Shown here piece after piece: positions 40,046 through 53,060 of a stretch of DNA of 64,000 nt. The DNA is taken from the NCBI GenBank assembly GCA_951406725.2, contig OX597819.1:30070001-30134000 (forward strand), read 5' to 3'. Position numbers and translations under genes: made by a program. Within the stretch, counting starts at the first letter, position 1, and each line of letters begins with the position of its first letter. Source of the DNA: Octopus vulgaris. Lineage: Eukaryota. The notes under the pieces are model-generated. The model was given only the letters and a program-made list of their open reading frames with translations, made no database searches and was not told the DNA's origin.

Positions 40046-40400
40046 ATTTTTTTTTTTTTTTTTTTTGTAATGCAACCTTTCAGCATATTAGAAGGGTGTT
40101 TCAAATTAAATCTTCTTCCAATATTCATCAGTCTATTCTTGAATTGGCTAGTTGTCTTCGGTTCCACAATCTCCCTTGGTAATCGATTCTAGTTTGTATG
40201 GAATCTGTTTTAGAAGAACTGCAGTCTTGTTAGCTTATTGAATGACTTCTTAAATAATTTATATACACTGGCTTCTTGTTGATAACTGATAGATTTCGAA
40301 GATATTGTTTCTATTGAATTTACATCCTAAAAACTATAGAAATTGCGCTATATAATTGTTGATAATAAGTATCAGGTTTTGAAGCGGTACATGCATATTT
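40046..40400 (-). mobile_element. CR1-like LINE 3' remnant with poly(A)
   Basis: YKLFKK...RLQFF*NRFHTN*NRLPREIVEPKTTSQFKNRL resembles the CR1 ORF2 end (FF..RV...WN.LP..VV....FK.RLD); T-run at 40046-40066. Confidence 0.7.
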
Positions 40401-40434
40401 ATTGCTTACATCTTTGTGTTTTATTTCTTTTCAG

Positions 40435-40584
40435 CTGTGCAAGGAATGATACAATGCTCTCGCTGTGACTCAAGAAGAGATAAATATTACGGCGAATGCG
40501 AACAGTCACCACCGCCTCCGACCCCTTGCCCGAAAAATAGTAACTCTCTCTACTGTTCTATAGTCAGAGAAACAGACCTTGGTG
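40435..40584 (+). CDS. Internal exon, Ly6/uPAR three-finger (Quiver/sleepless-like) domain, N-terminal half
   Basis: Acceptor ttatttcttttcag|, donor G|gtgagt, 150 bp, phase 1 at both ends, open frame VQGMIQCSRCDSRRDKYYGECEQSPPPPTPCPKNSNSLYCSIVRETDLG with spacing C-x2-C-x10-C-x9-C-x8-C. Confidence 0.75.
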
Positions 40585-40641
40585 GTGAGTTTATACACAA
40601 TCTTTCTTTTAAATACATTGCAAACTCAGACAAATAGCTTT

Positions 40642-41107
40642 GGATCTTTTTCGGTTTGAACGGCAGTTTTTAACATAATTTCTAGGTAACTAAAAGATTT
40701 TAAACTTCGTATACTGGTAGAATGTGTTCATAAAACATCTTTTTCTCTTGGCTTTATTGAGAAAATTCTATAGTTTCTAAGATATTTGTTGTTTTTTTTC
40801 TTCAATTTCTGTAATTTCAACCAATCACTGACGTCTATTGAGGTAAAAAACATTCTGTGCCGTATGAATATGTCCCTCGTTTAAGAAACAGATTGGGTTT
40901 ATTTACATTTGTGAAGAAAAAAGATACCCTTCCCCCCACCCCTAACCCTAACTCTAACCCTAACCTTAACTAACCCTAACTAGCCCTAACTAACCCTAAC
41001 CCTAAAACAGATTGAAATGCAATAGATCGATACTAGGGTCATAATTATGGGTGACAATTTCATATGACACCGCTAGAAAAAAACTGCCGTTCAAACCGAA
41101 AAGATCC
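40642..41107 (+). mobile_element. MITE with (CCCTAA)n, copy 2, 8-bp TSD
   Basis: TIRs of about 28 bp; TSD atagcttt at 40634-40641 and 41108-41115. GG..CC ends plus an 8-bp TSD suggest Merlin or Mutator-like. Confidence 0.92.
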
Positions 41108-42726
41108 ATAGCTTTTAAATGGAACACAAATACCAGTTTTTAATTTAGTAAAGCCAACTGTGAGGACAATATAAGAGGAAAGAAAGAGGTCATAATAAAC
41201 TGGACGAAAATTTGCTGAAGAGCGCAGAACACCGACACATACCGCCTCGATTGTTCGTCAACACAAAATGAGGCATTATTTAAAATAGAAATAGTCGGTT
41301 TAGCAATGTAATTTTCATTAAAACTGAACACATGGCATTTGTTTGATGATACTGTTGTATAATGTTCAAATCAGAGTTTTATTTTTCGTCTTCTTCCATT
41401 TCCTTCATTTTCATGTATTAACTATGTAAGAGCTCTCTTTGCCGATGTCTTACTCGTTAGAACTTAATATCCACTCATTCGTATGATGGCATTGTCGTAT
41501 GATAATCATATTATGTTTCTTTTCGTCTTCTCCCATTTATCCAGTTTTCTCAGGTATTAGCCATGTAGATTTTCTTACCAAAGTCTTACCATAGTCTTTT
41601 TTATATCATTTTGAGCTTAATTTGTTTTGTTTTGTTTTTTCATATAGTTTCCATTGGTGTTTTCTCAGTGTCTATCACCACAGCTAAATTTTTTTTATAT
41701 CTATTAGCTTTACTAAAGATAGGAAATAATTTTTTATTCATGTTTGTAGCTTCTGTGTTTAACGATATTCCCAGGTATATGTCATTTGCATTTTTATCAA
41801 TTTTAGCTCATAAAAATTACACCTTCATACTGCCAATGAATTCTTGTCTTAAGATTTAGTAAAACCAAGGCCCTTTAATTTTCAAGGCGTTTGCAAACGA
41901 ATATAACAGTGTTTGCAATTTCGCTATCTCGCTCTTAAATTTAATGTTCTATCAGTGTCTTGAATGGCTGTGTTGGCCTATACGCGATTTTTTAAAACTC
42001 CCAATTTAGAATTTTCGCAGTTCTTTAGCCGGCCAAGTTCAGACGCTTTTCAATATCATCTGTTTCCTTTAGTTTCGACTTTCTTATTGATCTTACTATG
42101 TTATTTTCTCTACAAGTAACATAACTTGTCTCTATAACTTCATTATATCAATAAAGGTGTCACATAAAATCTTGCAACAGCCACTTTAAATAAAAAAAAC
42201 ATTTAGTTGTTTGTCTGTGCCAGCAAGTTTAATCCAGAGAGAAAAATGTTTAAAAACTCAATAAACTAAGTTAGTCATTAAGTATTATGGAACAGTGAAA
42301 GGTATCGATGTATAGAGAAAAGCACTTTATCAACATATGAAAAGCAAAAACATTTTTAATGAGAAACGAGGGAATCTAAAATGTTATACATGTATTGGTA
42401 ATGGATACCAGAAATGTGTAACTGTTATGATGCTATTTCATACTTACCGGAATGCACACGTTGCAACTACTATTCAGATATAATCTGTTGATAGGAACAG
42501 TAATGCTATTCATAGCCTAAGCTAGGCTTAAGTTGTTTAATAATACCAACCTTTGAATTTCAAAATAAGATGCGTGCAAATATCCTACTTGAATAATTGT
42601 TTTGAAGCTAAAACGTCTATCATGAGATTGGCTTTGCACCCAAATAGCAGCACCAAACTTGCTCTACACACTGTTCTAAAATTTTATTCTCATTGTTTGA
42701 CCGCAAGTAAACTATGATAAGCAACA

Positions 42727-42891
42727 GGCGCAGGAGTGACTGTGTGGTAAGTAGCTTATTTACCAACCACATGGTTCCGGGTTCAGTCCCACTGCGTGAC
42801 ACCTTGGGCAAGTGTCTTCTACTATAGCCTCGGGCCGACCAAAGCCTTGTGAGTGGATTTGGTAGACGGAAACTGAAAGAAGCCCGTCGTA

Positions 42892-42933
<42 letters not shown>

Positions 42934-43151
42934 TGTGTGTGTTTGTGTGTCTGTGTTTGTCCCCCTAGTATTGCTTGACAACCGATGCTGGTGTGTTTAT
43001 GTCCCCGTTACTTAGCGGTTCGGCAAAAGAGACCGATAGAATAAGTACTGGGCTTACAAAAGAATAAGTCCCGGGGTCGAGTTGCTCGATTAAAGGCGGT
43101 ACTCCAGCATGGCCGCAGTAAAATGACTGAAACAAGTAAAAGAGTAAAAGA
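42727..43151 (+). mobile_element. SINE family A, full length
   Basis: Matches the family A head, microsatellite and tail. Confidence 0.92.
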
Positions 43152-43389
43152 GAGAGAGCAATCCTGAGCCGCATTATCCAACGTGTCATTTCCTTTTTAA
43201 GGAAGCAGTGTGTATTTTCAGGGGAATTTAGTAGTTATTTCTAATAGATAAATCAAATGTGTATGCACAGTCACCTTCATTAGCTCATCCGTATTTTGGC
43301 AATTTATTCCTGTAGAATCCAGATTATATTTGCGCAGGCAAATCTCTAATATCATTGCATTTATTAATAAGTGTTGATGATTTAGGCAT

Positions 43390-44000
43390 CTGAGGAGATG
43401 GGTTGATTGACATCATCGACCTCAGTACTTGACTGGTATTATATGTTATCGACCCCGAGAGGGTAAAAAGGAAGCGCGACCTCGGTAGGATATGATCCCA
43501 ATATGTGAAGAATCGGAACAAGTATCGCAAGATTTTATCTCAGTTGCAATTTTACCATTTTGGTACCAGGTCAAAAATTTTAGGGGTGCGGGGTAGGTCG
43601 ATTACATCGACTCCAGTGCTCAACTGATACTTATTCTATCGACCCCGAAAGGATGAGAGGCAAAGTTCACTTCGACGGCATTTGAACTCAAAACGTAAAG
43701 ACAGACGAAATGTTGCAAAGCATTTCGTCCGGCGTGCAAACGGTTCTGCCAACTCACCACCGCCTTCCCACATAAGTATTAACGCTAGATTTTAAATGTT
43801 GGTACAAGTCCAAAAGTTGCAGGCGAGGGTGCAGCTCGATTACATCGACCCCAGTGGACAATTGGTATTTATTTATCGACCCCGAATGAATGAAAGGCAA
43901 AGTCAACCTCGGCAGCACTTGAACTCAAAACGTAAAGGCGGGTGAAATGCCGTTAATCATGTCCCCCAGCGTGCTAAACAAGTCTGCTAGCTCACCGTCT
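43390..44000 (-). mobile_element. Three tandem diverged SINE family B copies
   Basis: Unit gattacatcgacc...tatcgaccccgaa...tttgaactca repeated at about 43405, 43600 and 43838. Confidence 0.8.
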
Positions 44001-44083
44001 TGCCACATAAGTATTAATATTGACTAGACTTTACAGCCAATTAAGAATCTTCTGCAGCACTTGAGTCATTCGGGTAAAAGCCT

Positions 44084-44131
<48 letters not shown>

Positions 44132-45643
44132 CGACGACGACGACAACGACGACGACGACGATGATGATGATAATGATGATGATGATGATGATATACATCG
44201 TGTTAATGTCAATCACTTATAGAAGATACGAAAACATTAACATTTTTTCGAGTGGTTCTTTTTATCCTCGCTTTTCGTTGGACAATTTTTTTTTTCTTGA
44301 AGATAATTATTTTCCCTTCTGTCAATATTTTTGATATTTGAGAAAGGTATCTTATTATTTCATAAAAACGCTGAGGCATGTGTGGGTGTAAGATACGTAG
44401 GTATTTTATGCAGAAATTCTAATGTTATCTTTTCCAAGCACTTCCAGTGATTTCTGTTATATCTACTTTTGTCTTATCTGTCCATTCCTGTGATTGCATA
44501 TAAGGGTTTTCTTTTTTTTTTTTCGAGAACAATGTTATTAATAAGAAATCATAAATATAAACATAAAATATAAAGAAATCGTTATCATAATTATAGGATA
44601 ACGCCAACTCCCGCGCTGTCATCCGAAAAGTGGTGTTTCTCCTAATTTATTAAGTATGGACTCTTTAGCAGAGTCTAAAGAATAACCAGTTAACGCAAGT
44701 GGAAAATAGCTGGGATGGGCGTATGAACAAGAAGAAGCTGTTATCTCTTGACCGTCGTATCTATGTGTTCTAGTTCAGGTGTCACTGAACTGGAGAATTT
44801 GCACTTCTGCATTTTTTTTAAGGGATGAGTTCCACTGGGCTGTTTGCTGTGAACTCATGTTGCTTGGAGGATTGGGCATGCTGTGGTTGATGATACGCAG
44901 GCAAACGCTAAGACTGCAATCACCAGCGATTCATTGACTGACAATTCACGGGTATGGTCGCCGTGTGTCTGATACGTTTTTCTACAGCTGGGTCTCTGGC
45001 AGAACTGCAGAATTCGATCAAACGAAGACTGACACAACAAGACGCTTAACATCCGGAATATCGTCGTGAAATATTGAACGTTGAAGCTCGTCTACAGGTA
45101 GGCGTTTGTTGTATTTAGGGGGCGGGGCTTTGTGGAGTTTGCTGCCCTGTATTTAATAATATTTGGTTAGCAACAGTCTCCACTCTGCTCCAGACATTTG
45201 CCTGCCTGTGGTCGCGCGTAAAGACTCACTTTGCAGTGAGAATTGTGTTTTTGAGGAGGCGTAGCCCCTCCGCAAAAATTTGTTCGAGAAAATTGCCTTT
45301 GTGTGACTGTGTTCGTGCCCTGGAAGTTCCTTGAATTTACCCAAGGCAAGGAGTACGAAGACAGCAAGTATTAATTTGTGGATATCGTCAAGCGCTTGCA
45401 GCCCTCTGACAGTCGTGCAATGATGCTTGTAGAAGTGTCACGTTGAACATCAAGATTGCCATTTATTGTATTTTTCATCTTATGTTTCGTCTTATGTTCG
45501 CTTAGTAAACTAATCGAACATAAAGATACCGCTGCAACTTTTAAGAGCAGTTCCCTGTGTGCATCAAACATCATGTTTCCATGCTCACGGTAGATATATT
45601 ATATATAACATATATAAATTATTCATTATAAATATTATATATA

Positions 45644-45952
45644 TCACGTGATCACGTGACCGACCAGACCATCAGATGTTGTTACACGTCGCTGGTCACA
45701 ATGCGTTCGCATTGTTTTAGCCTTCGAATGACGTCACCCCGCTGGCTAAGCGAGCAGGCCAACAGAAGAAAGAGTGGGAGAAAGAGTGATGAAAGAGTAC
45801 AGCAGGGCTCACCACCACCCCCTGCCGGAGGGCCTCGTGGAGCTTTTAGGTGTTTTCGCTCAATAAACACACACAACGCCCGATCTGGGAATCGAAACCG
45901 AGATCCTGCGACCGCGAGTCCGCTACCCTAACCACTAGGCCATTGCACCTCC
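45644..45952 (-). mobile_element. SINE family C head with tail type 2, 16-bp TSD
   Basis: TSD a(t/c)aaatattatatata at 45628-45643 and 45953-45968. Confidence 0.9.
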
Positions 45953-45960
45953 ACAAATAT

Positions 45961-45991
<31 letters not shown>

Positions 45992-46770
45992 TGTATCTAA
46001 TTTCCTAGAGTAAACGATTCGGATTTCAGTATAATTTTCTAGTTTTCGTCTCTACGCTCTGTAATTCACTTAAATCATAATCTATTATGCTGAAACTGCA
46101 GTTCATATCATACTTCTTACTTTATTTGTAACACTGCATTGAGTTAAGTTTTTTAATATATTTTGACTTTTCTTTAACATTCTTTTCTGTCTTTCTATTT
46201 ATTTCTCTGGCTTCTTTCATATCAGTTTCAATAATTTTATGTACGAGCAGTTTTCATCTAATCCTTTGATTTTCAGTATCTAAAGATAATTTAATGGGTT
46301 TTATTTAATTCTAACTGATTAGTTCATTCTTAAAGTCACGTTGGCACATTTCTCTAGTCTCATATTCATTTGAATTTTTTTTTTTTTTTTTTACAGTTTT
46401 TAGTGCATTCTCTCATCAACGAACATACTGTCTCCTCATGTTCCCCCTACCGACAACCCCAATACAGCCTCTACTCTTTGCAATTAAGTAGAACATGTCA
46501 TTTCTAACCAATTTCACCCGAAAAACCCATTTCTTCTCCTTGTCATCGTTTTTATGTCTCCTTGTCCTCGGGTTCCCCCTAATTATTATTCCTAATCCTA
46601 ACTCTTTAAGATTTTCGTCGCATAAATTTCCTTCCCGCCACATTTTTCTTTTGAATATCTATTTACAGTTGCTCAAACTAAACCTAATACCTGTGAAGAA
46701 CATGATTATTATCCCTTTCTGCTGACTGAACCATGAAAAAGTTCTCTTGTCAGGCATTATAAGAAGGTAA

Positions 46771-47101
46771 AGACCACCTTCGGTCATGAATGACGATGGG
46801 ATTGCACCTAGAAATTTACCCTCCGAGGCACAAGTCCGGGCAAGACTATTTATAGAAGACCAGCAGTCGCCCATCCATACCAGCCTCCCACTTTATACGC
46901 CACCGATGTTATCTAAGGGAAATGCAAAGCCCAAAACAGCTTGGAACCAGAGATATCGTAACTTATTTTTACAGCTGAGTGAACTGGAACAACATGAAAT
47001 AAAGTGACTTGCTCAAGAACACAACCAGCCTAGTCCGAGAATTGAACTCACTACCTCATGATTGTTAGCCTGACGCTCTAACCACTGACCCATGCACCTT
47101 C
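46771..47101 (-). mobile_element. SINE family D head with tail type 3
   Basis: Tail gggattgcacctagaaatttaccctccgaggcacaagtccgggc; homologous to 59594-59915. Confidence 0.85.
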
Positions 47102-47343
47102 GCTACTGTCCCTTATAAATATATATTAAATCCAGTGTGATGCATTGTGGCTGTTATATCCCTATGGATAAACGAATACACTGCAACAGTGTAATAACAA
47201 TATAATCGAAACAAACGGCAGTAACACACGGAACGTAGCAACAATCTTTTAAGAACCAACAATCTAACACGCTAACTCGAACTGTATACTTCGAGCTCCA
47301 ACTTAGAACTATCAACACACTAACTATGGAACTAGCACGAACG

Positions 47344-49262
47344 TTATTCATTATTACCCACACGGGTCTACAAAGAGGGGCGATACAAGCACAAGCATAT
47401 AAGTGGAAAAAAAAGAAAAACTAATGGGAAAGATGGATATGAATAATGAAAAATGAAATGAAGTCCTCTCGATCCCAGATCTGAGCGGCCCCTTTTAACT
47501 TTTTTGACACACTTTTTTACATTAAATCGTTACAATTAGTTACCGTGTTCAAGGTGATGAAAGGCCAACTTTGGTGATAGCTTACTTATGTCTATCTCTC
47601 TTTCTAAGTCAACGATCCTTCCCGAATCTTTTTTTTAGTGTAATCTTTTCTTCGTTGCTTACAATGGAGCATTCAACGTAATCAGGCCATCCCTTATTTG
47701 AAACATCTACCGACACTTGAGAGTTTTTTTCCCCTCTTATTCTTTTTTTTCACCTTTTGGGGTGGGGATGGGGAAATTTCGGGGTCCTGTGTGTTTGTCA
47801 TTGTCTGTGTCAGGGGGCGAGGTGAGAGTTGGTGACTGCAGGGAGAGGGTGATACGGCGTGGGGAAGGCTTTTTTTCCTCTTTTCCGTATTTTCGGTGCT
47901 GTATTCCATCCCTCTTTCTGTTCGGCCTCCTGTTTCTCTTCCTCCTTCTCCGGCTCCTTCTCGTTCACACACGACGTTGCAAGAGGTGGTGGTGAGGCTT
48001 CTTTTGTTGGTTCCTTTGCGGAAAATAGAGAACATTCTACTTTTATATGACCTTTTTGGCCACATTTAAAGCATCGGGGCGTCCTGCCCTCCACCATGAC
48101 TCTCAGCCTTACATCCTCTCCGACTGTGATGGTTTCCCCCATCCTCTCCAAATCTCCCGGGACGACCTGGATTATCATTTCCAGGCCCTCTCCTTGCCAA
48201 TTTCTTGGTGGCACTCTTTTGGCCTGGAGGACCACAACCTTGTCCTCCATTCCCAACAGGATGGCGGCTACCAGCCACGCAACATCCACCTCTAAAGGGA
48301 TTTCTTCTACCCTTACCCTGGAAGCACGTTTTCCCAGGTATATGGGTAGAAGGACCACCTCGTCCGTTTTAAGGGGAGTAACGCCTAGCTACCTGGACAC
48401 AACTTCCGACGCAAACCGCACCTCTATTGTTGCATATTTCCTTCCTCTGGTGAGGTAATTGACCTCCTTCCATATTGCCGTCAATGTCCTTTCAATTTGT
48501 GATCTGGTTGCGACCTCTATCGTAGTAACTTCAAACTGTAAGTTCTGTATAGTACGGTTCTTCTTTTTAACTTCATCCGTTTCTCACTAGGGGAGAGGGC
48601 ACCTTTACGTCGTTCCCCTCCTTCTTAAGCATATCTTTGAATCTATTCAACTCCTCCAAGCACACGTCTTCACTTTTATCTTTTATCGCTTCTGCAAAAT
48701 TCTTCACCTCCATCGCCTCATCTATCCTCTTCAGACTCTTAACAAGCTCTCTCCACAAGTCTCTGGAGCCAACACTCCTGCATCTCACCTCTATTACCGC
48801 GCTTTCCTCTTCAAGCAAGAGAAAAAAGCGTCAACCAAGCCGCCGTAAGCAGCAAAACAAGATGTCGTTAGACACAAACCAATATATGATAAATTAAGGG
48901 GAAAAGCGTCAACCAAGTCACCGTAAGCAGTAAAACAAGGTGTCGTTAGACACAAAACTATCAAATAACAGTAACAAACAATTTAACTCACAGTGCAACA
49001 ATTCAAGAAGTTAACCAATCAAAAAGGAGTTCACAAGCACGAACTTATTCTTTATTACCCACATGGGCCTACAAAGAGGGACGATACAAGGACAGACAAA
49101 CATATAAGCCGCCGTAAGCAGCAAATGTGTCGTTAGACACAAAACAGTTAAATACACTAACAATTTAACTCATGGTGCAACAATTCAAGAAGTTAACCAA
49201 TTAAAAAGGAGTTCACAAGCGTTGGAACTAGCAAGAACTACTTCACTTACTCAGACCGCTAC
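47344..49262 (-). mobile_element. ORF1-only L1/Tx1-like non-LTR element (gag-like ORF with CCHC knuckle), pseudogenised
   Basis: Interrupted ORF about 48713-47810 with coiled-coil-like N-terminus and VEGRTPRCFKCGQKGHIKVEC; no recognisable EN or RT; repeated 5' UTR units 48824-49220; 3' tail ending aataatgaataa. Confidence 0.7.
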
Positions 49263-50378
49263 TATTTATGTGTAGTGATCTAGTCCATTCTCGCCAGCGG
49301 GGCGTCGTAATCTTGCACAACATTGGCCTTGAACAAGTCACTTCATTTTCCGTTGCTCCAGTTTACACAACTGAAAGTAAGTACCAGTCGGGTGCTGGTT
49401 CAACCCTCTCTCCTACCAGCTGTCACATCTTCGATGTGAGTCAAAGGTGTGAGGGTTTTCGGCTACTTAGATACCTATAACAACTGATGAATGCTTGGTA
49501 CCTTTTACAGATCATATTCACTAGTGACGGCTATGGTTCTGGTTCATATAGTTTGTGAAATACATCAAGTTTCCTTTCTTAAAATAAGAATTAAATACAT
49601 CTTCGAGAACATGGCGCGCATAAAATGGTTCAAAGTTAACAAAAATGCTCGTGGTTAACTAAATCTGTGTGAGAACGTCCCTAGCAATATTATCTGCAAA
49701 GATGTTAATCTGATGATGTCTTTTTAGATATAGATGTGGATCATTCTATTGATGCGAATAACAAACGGCACACAATCCTTAACTGCCATAATGATTTCAA
49801 TTCAACAGTTAGGTTAGTGTAACTCCTTAGATATTTTGACTTATTGATTAGTACATGGTGATTTTTTAGCGTTTTATCTTGTTAAATCTAGTTCATCACT
49901 TTATAGGCGCTTTAATAACTATCATTAACTATCATTAATAAAGCTGGCAGTATTTCCAATATTTGTGAATTATATACCGTTTAACCTAGAACCCAATATT
50001 TGTTGGTTACTCTGCCTACAACTGCCTCCCGAAGGAAATCATGCTTGAGTGTCTGCTTGATCGAACAACATGGATGATTCTTAATAGCTATGTACGCTAC
50101 TTCAAGCATACATTAGACAGTTGTACTAAACACGCTCGCACACATACACACGTATACATACACATCCACACACGCATATACTCATATACACATATACATG
50201 CATACACAAACATACATGCACACATACATACGTACAAACATACATTTATACATATGCATATTATATATATATATATATATGCATATATATAACATATATA
50301 CATGCATCCATATGTATATACATAATCGTATATGAGTGTGTATTTGTGTGAACATATATATATATATATATGTGTGTG

Positions 50379-50433
<55 letters not shown>

Positions 50434-51529
50434 TACATAAAACTTCTATTGTTCTCTCTGTAATAATAATTTTCAAAAATGATCAAATATTGAGTATGCT
50501 AATTGGTTGTATTATTGCATTATTATTGAAATATTGATCAACTGATTAGCTGATTGCAATCAACCGAATCCTACTATAACAACGCATTCACTATGGATGT
50601 TTATGCCATGGAAAACAATTATAATCGAAACAGGTAATGCCACTAAATTATTAGTGAATTAAGGGTCACAACTTTACATTTCCACTAAGATTTTTCATCA
50701 CCTGAAGATGATCTCTCATATAGAGAACGCTTCCAATAATGATTTTATCTTCTCCTATAATTATATTCTCTTAAAAATTCAGCTCATTAATCTAAACGTT
50801 ATCAATAGATTTATCAACGCTAATTTAATATTTAACCCTTTTAGTATGTGAATCGGTCTTCATAAATCGATCGACCGGATGTATGTTGACAGACAGAAGC
50901 TACTAATAAGTGTTCTTTTTTTCTTTTCATACTACATTTTTAAAGTATAGAAATTCAAATTTAAAATACTAATTTATTTTCACGATCTTTTTCGGGTTTT
51001 TTTTTGTTTTTTTTTTGGCGTCAGTGTGACACACTGAAGTCTTAATTAGCGCATACATTAATGGATACGTTAAACAATAAAGACGCATTCCTTTTTTATT
51101 TTCTATTGTCTCTGTTCTATGCTATATATTGAGATGCAACAAGTATAAACGTATTTGAAAGGATAGCTGAGTGAATACACAGTTAATATGCCGCCTGTAA
51201 ATGTAATAGTGAAAGGGTGTGCTTGTGTAGTTTGTTTAATAGGCCCTTGTTTATTACACTTCGCATGATAACACATACTTAATTGCAGAGAGTGTTAGTA
51301 TAGTTAGTGTAACAAGCCTATTAAGCATGCAAAAGCCCATTTTACTACTGAACTTATTTATTTTGAAGATGCAACTACTTCAAAGTTCCATACGACCGAA
51401 AAATTAGCGTTTTTTAATTCTTCAAAAATATTTTGTTCATAACCGTATGTTATGTGGTTTAGAAAGGTATTATGAGGAAATAAACTGTTTGTTTATGAAC
51501 ATGTTCACACAACTATGTTTTAGTATTAT

Positions 51530-51686
51530 ACTCTTTACTCTTTTACTCTTTTACTTGTTTCAGTCATTTGACTGCGGCCATGCTGGAGCACCGCCTTTAG
51601 TCGAGCAAATCGACCCCGGGACTTATTCTTTGTAAGCCCAGTACTTATTCTATCGGTCTCTTTTGCCGAACCGCTAAGTGACGGGG
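51530..51686 (-). mobile_element. SINE family A 3' half
   Basis: ctcttttacttgtttcagtcatttgactgcggcc...gacgggga. Confidence 0.85.
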
Positions 51687-51721
51687 ATTATGTGGAGGTT
51701 TTGTTCTCTTTTATTATATAA

Positions 51722-51940
51722 GTAGGGGGTGCTGAAAAGTTCCTGGCTTAGAGGATGTCATGAAAGGCCTGGGTGGAGGCCCAACCTTCCAAGTTCTTTT
51801 ACAGGGCTTAGAAAGACTGAAGGACCTCTGCAACAAGTGTACGAATCCGAGAAGGGAATATGCTGAATAAAATCCTAATTAACTGACCCTCCTGTATTTT
51901 CTATTACCGAAAGCCGGGAACTTTTCAGCACACCCTCGTA
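51722..51940 (+). mobile_element. Mariner-derived MITE
   Basis: TIRs gggggtgctgaaaagttcctggctt / aagccgggaacttttcagcacaccctcg-ta; partial homologue at 63530-63650. Confidence 0.8.
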
Positions 51941-52654
51941 TTTATGTATCATGTGGACGTATATGCTTTGTTTATTATTATGTTCCTCTAGCTATGGGTT
52001 GGTATCAGACTTCTTGTTTACGATCATATTCTAGCTGTATATAAATATCGTGTAATGGTGTACTTTTTGTTTATGACCATGTTCACCTCGTTGTGTATAT
52101 TATCATTTGGAAGTATAAGTAGAATTTGAAAGAGATTTAGCTGTTATTTATACGTCAACTGACTGCCCAAAGATTCCTTCATTTACTTGTACTAGTCGCA
52201 AATTAGTTAAGTGTAGAAAAGAAGTAGCGCTGTGTGTAAAACGGTCACGCAATACTTAAATACTTAAATGTAATTTTCCACGACATAAACGTATATAGTG
52301 AATGCACTATATCATCTCTATTGTGAAGAAAGGACAAGTCCGAAAATGTCGTTCTAGAAAGGTCTCTGCCGGAATACTCTGACTATAGTTGTGGTGGACT
52401 AGGGTTGACCTGGGGCTAAAGCAATAATGAGATTAAGTCTCTTTTAGTCAGTATGATTTAGACAAATTCGCACAGTGGCAAATAGTTGAAATAATACGAG
52501 CTGTCTGAATATTTTATGGAACCCAACAAGCGAACATTATATTCCTGCTTTCAAATAGTCCCCACATTGACAATCTGTGATTGGAAGTCTTTTGATCATA
52601 GGTCTACATATTTAAGATTGACCAAGGGTTAAACAACTAAGAGAAGAGAATATA

Positions 52655-53060
52655 TTGGCTTCAAATTTTGGTACAAGGCCAGCAATTTTGGTGGATGGGA
52701 CTAGGGGTTACATTGACACTAGTCCTCGAAAGGATGAAAGGCAAAGTTAACCTCGAAGGAATTGAAACTCAACATAACGACAAAATGCCGCTAAGCATTT
52801 TGTTCGGCGTGCTAACGATTCTATCAGCTCGCCGCCTTAACAGCAGAATATATTGATTCCAAGTTTGGGCACGAGGCCAGCAGCTCCGGTGAGGAAGTAA
52901 ATCGATTGCATCTACTATAGTGTTCAACTGGTACTTATTTTATCGAAAATCAAAGTCAACTTCGATGAAATTTGAACTCAACATGGCGACAAAATGCCGC
53001 TAAAAATTTTGCCCGGGGTGCTAACGATTCTGCCACCTCGCCGCCTTAACAACAGAATAT
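52655..53060 (-). mobile_element. Two tandem diverged SINE family B copies
   Basis: Unit of about 200 bp ending gctaacgattct..c..ctcgccgccttaaca.cagaatatatt, twice. Confidence 0.8.

Noticed and set aside
40938-41005. Chromosome end or true telomere
   Set aside because: Short degenerate (CCCTAA)n lies inside a MITE with TIRs and a TSD.
42370-42490. In-frame LKCYTCIGNGYQKC resembling a second three-finger start; also a possible 37-bp minus-strand exon
   Set aside because: No acceptor before the motif and no further cysteines; the minus-strand micro-exon has no partner exons.
45413-45505. SCNDACRSVTLNIKIAIYCIFHLMFRLMFA* as the CN plus GPI tail of the Ly6-like gene
   Set aside because: In-frame stop just upstream, phase incompatible with the 40584 donor, and the preceding cysteines are missing.
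49475-49810. piggyBac transposase trace (ITTDECLVPF)
   Set aside because: Only one short motif is recognisable, with no TIR or TTAA; too weak to call.
50698-50740. CTGAAGA followed by a small hairpin
   Set aside because: No downstream GAAA or NUH.
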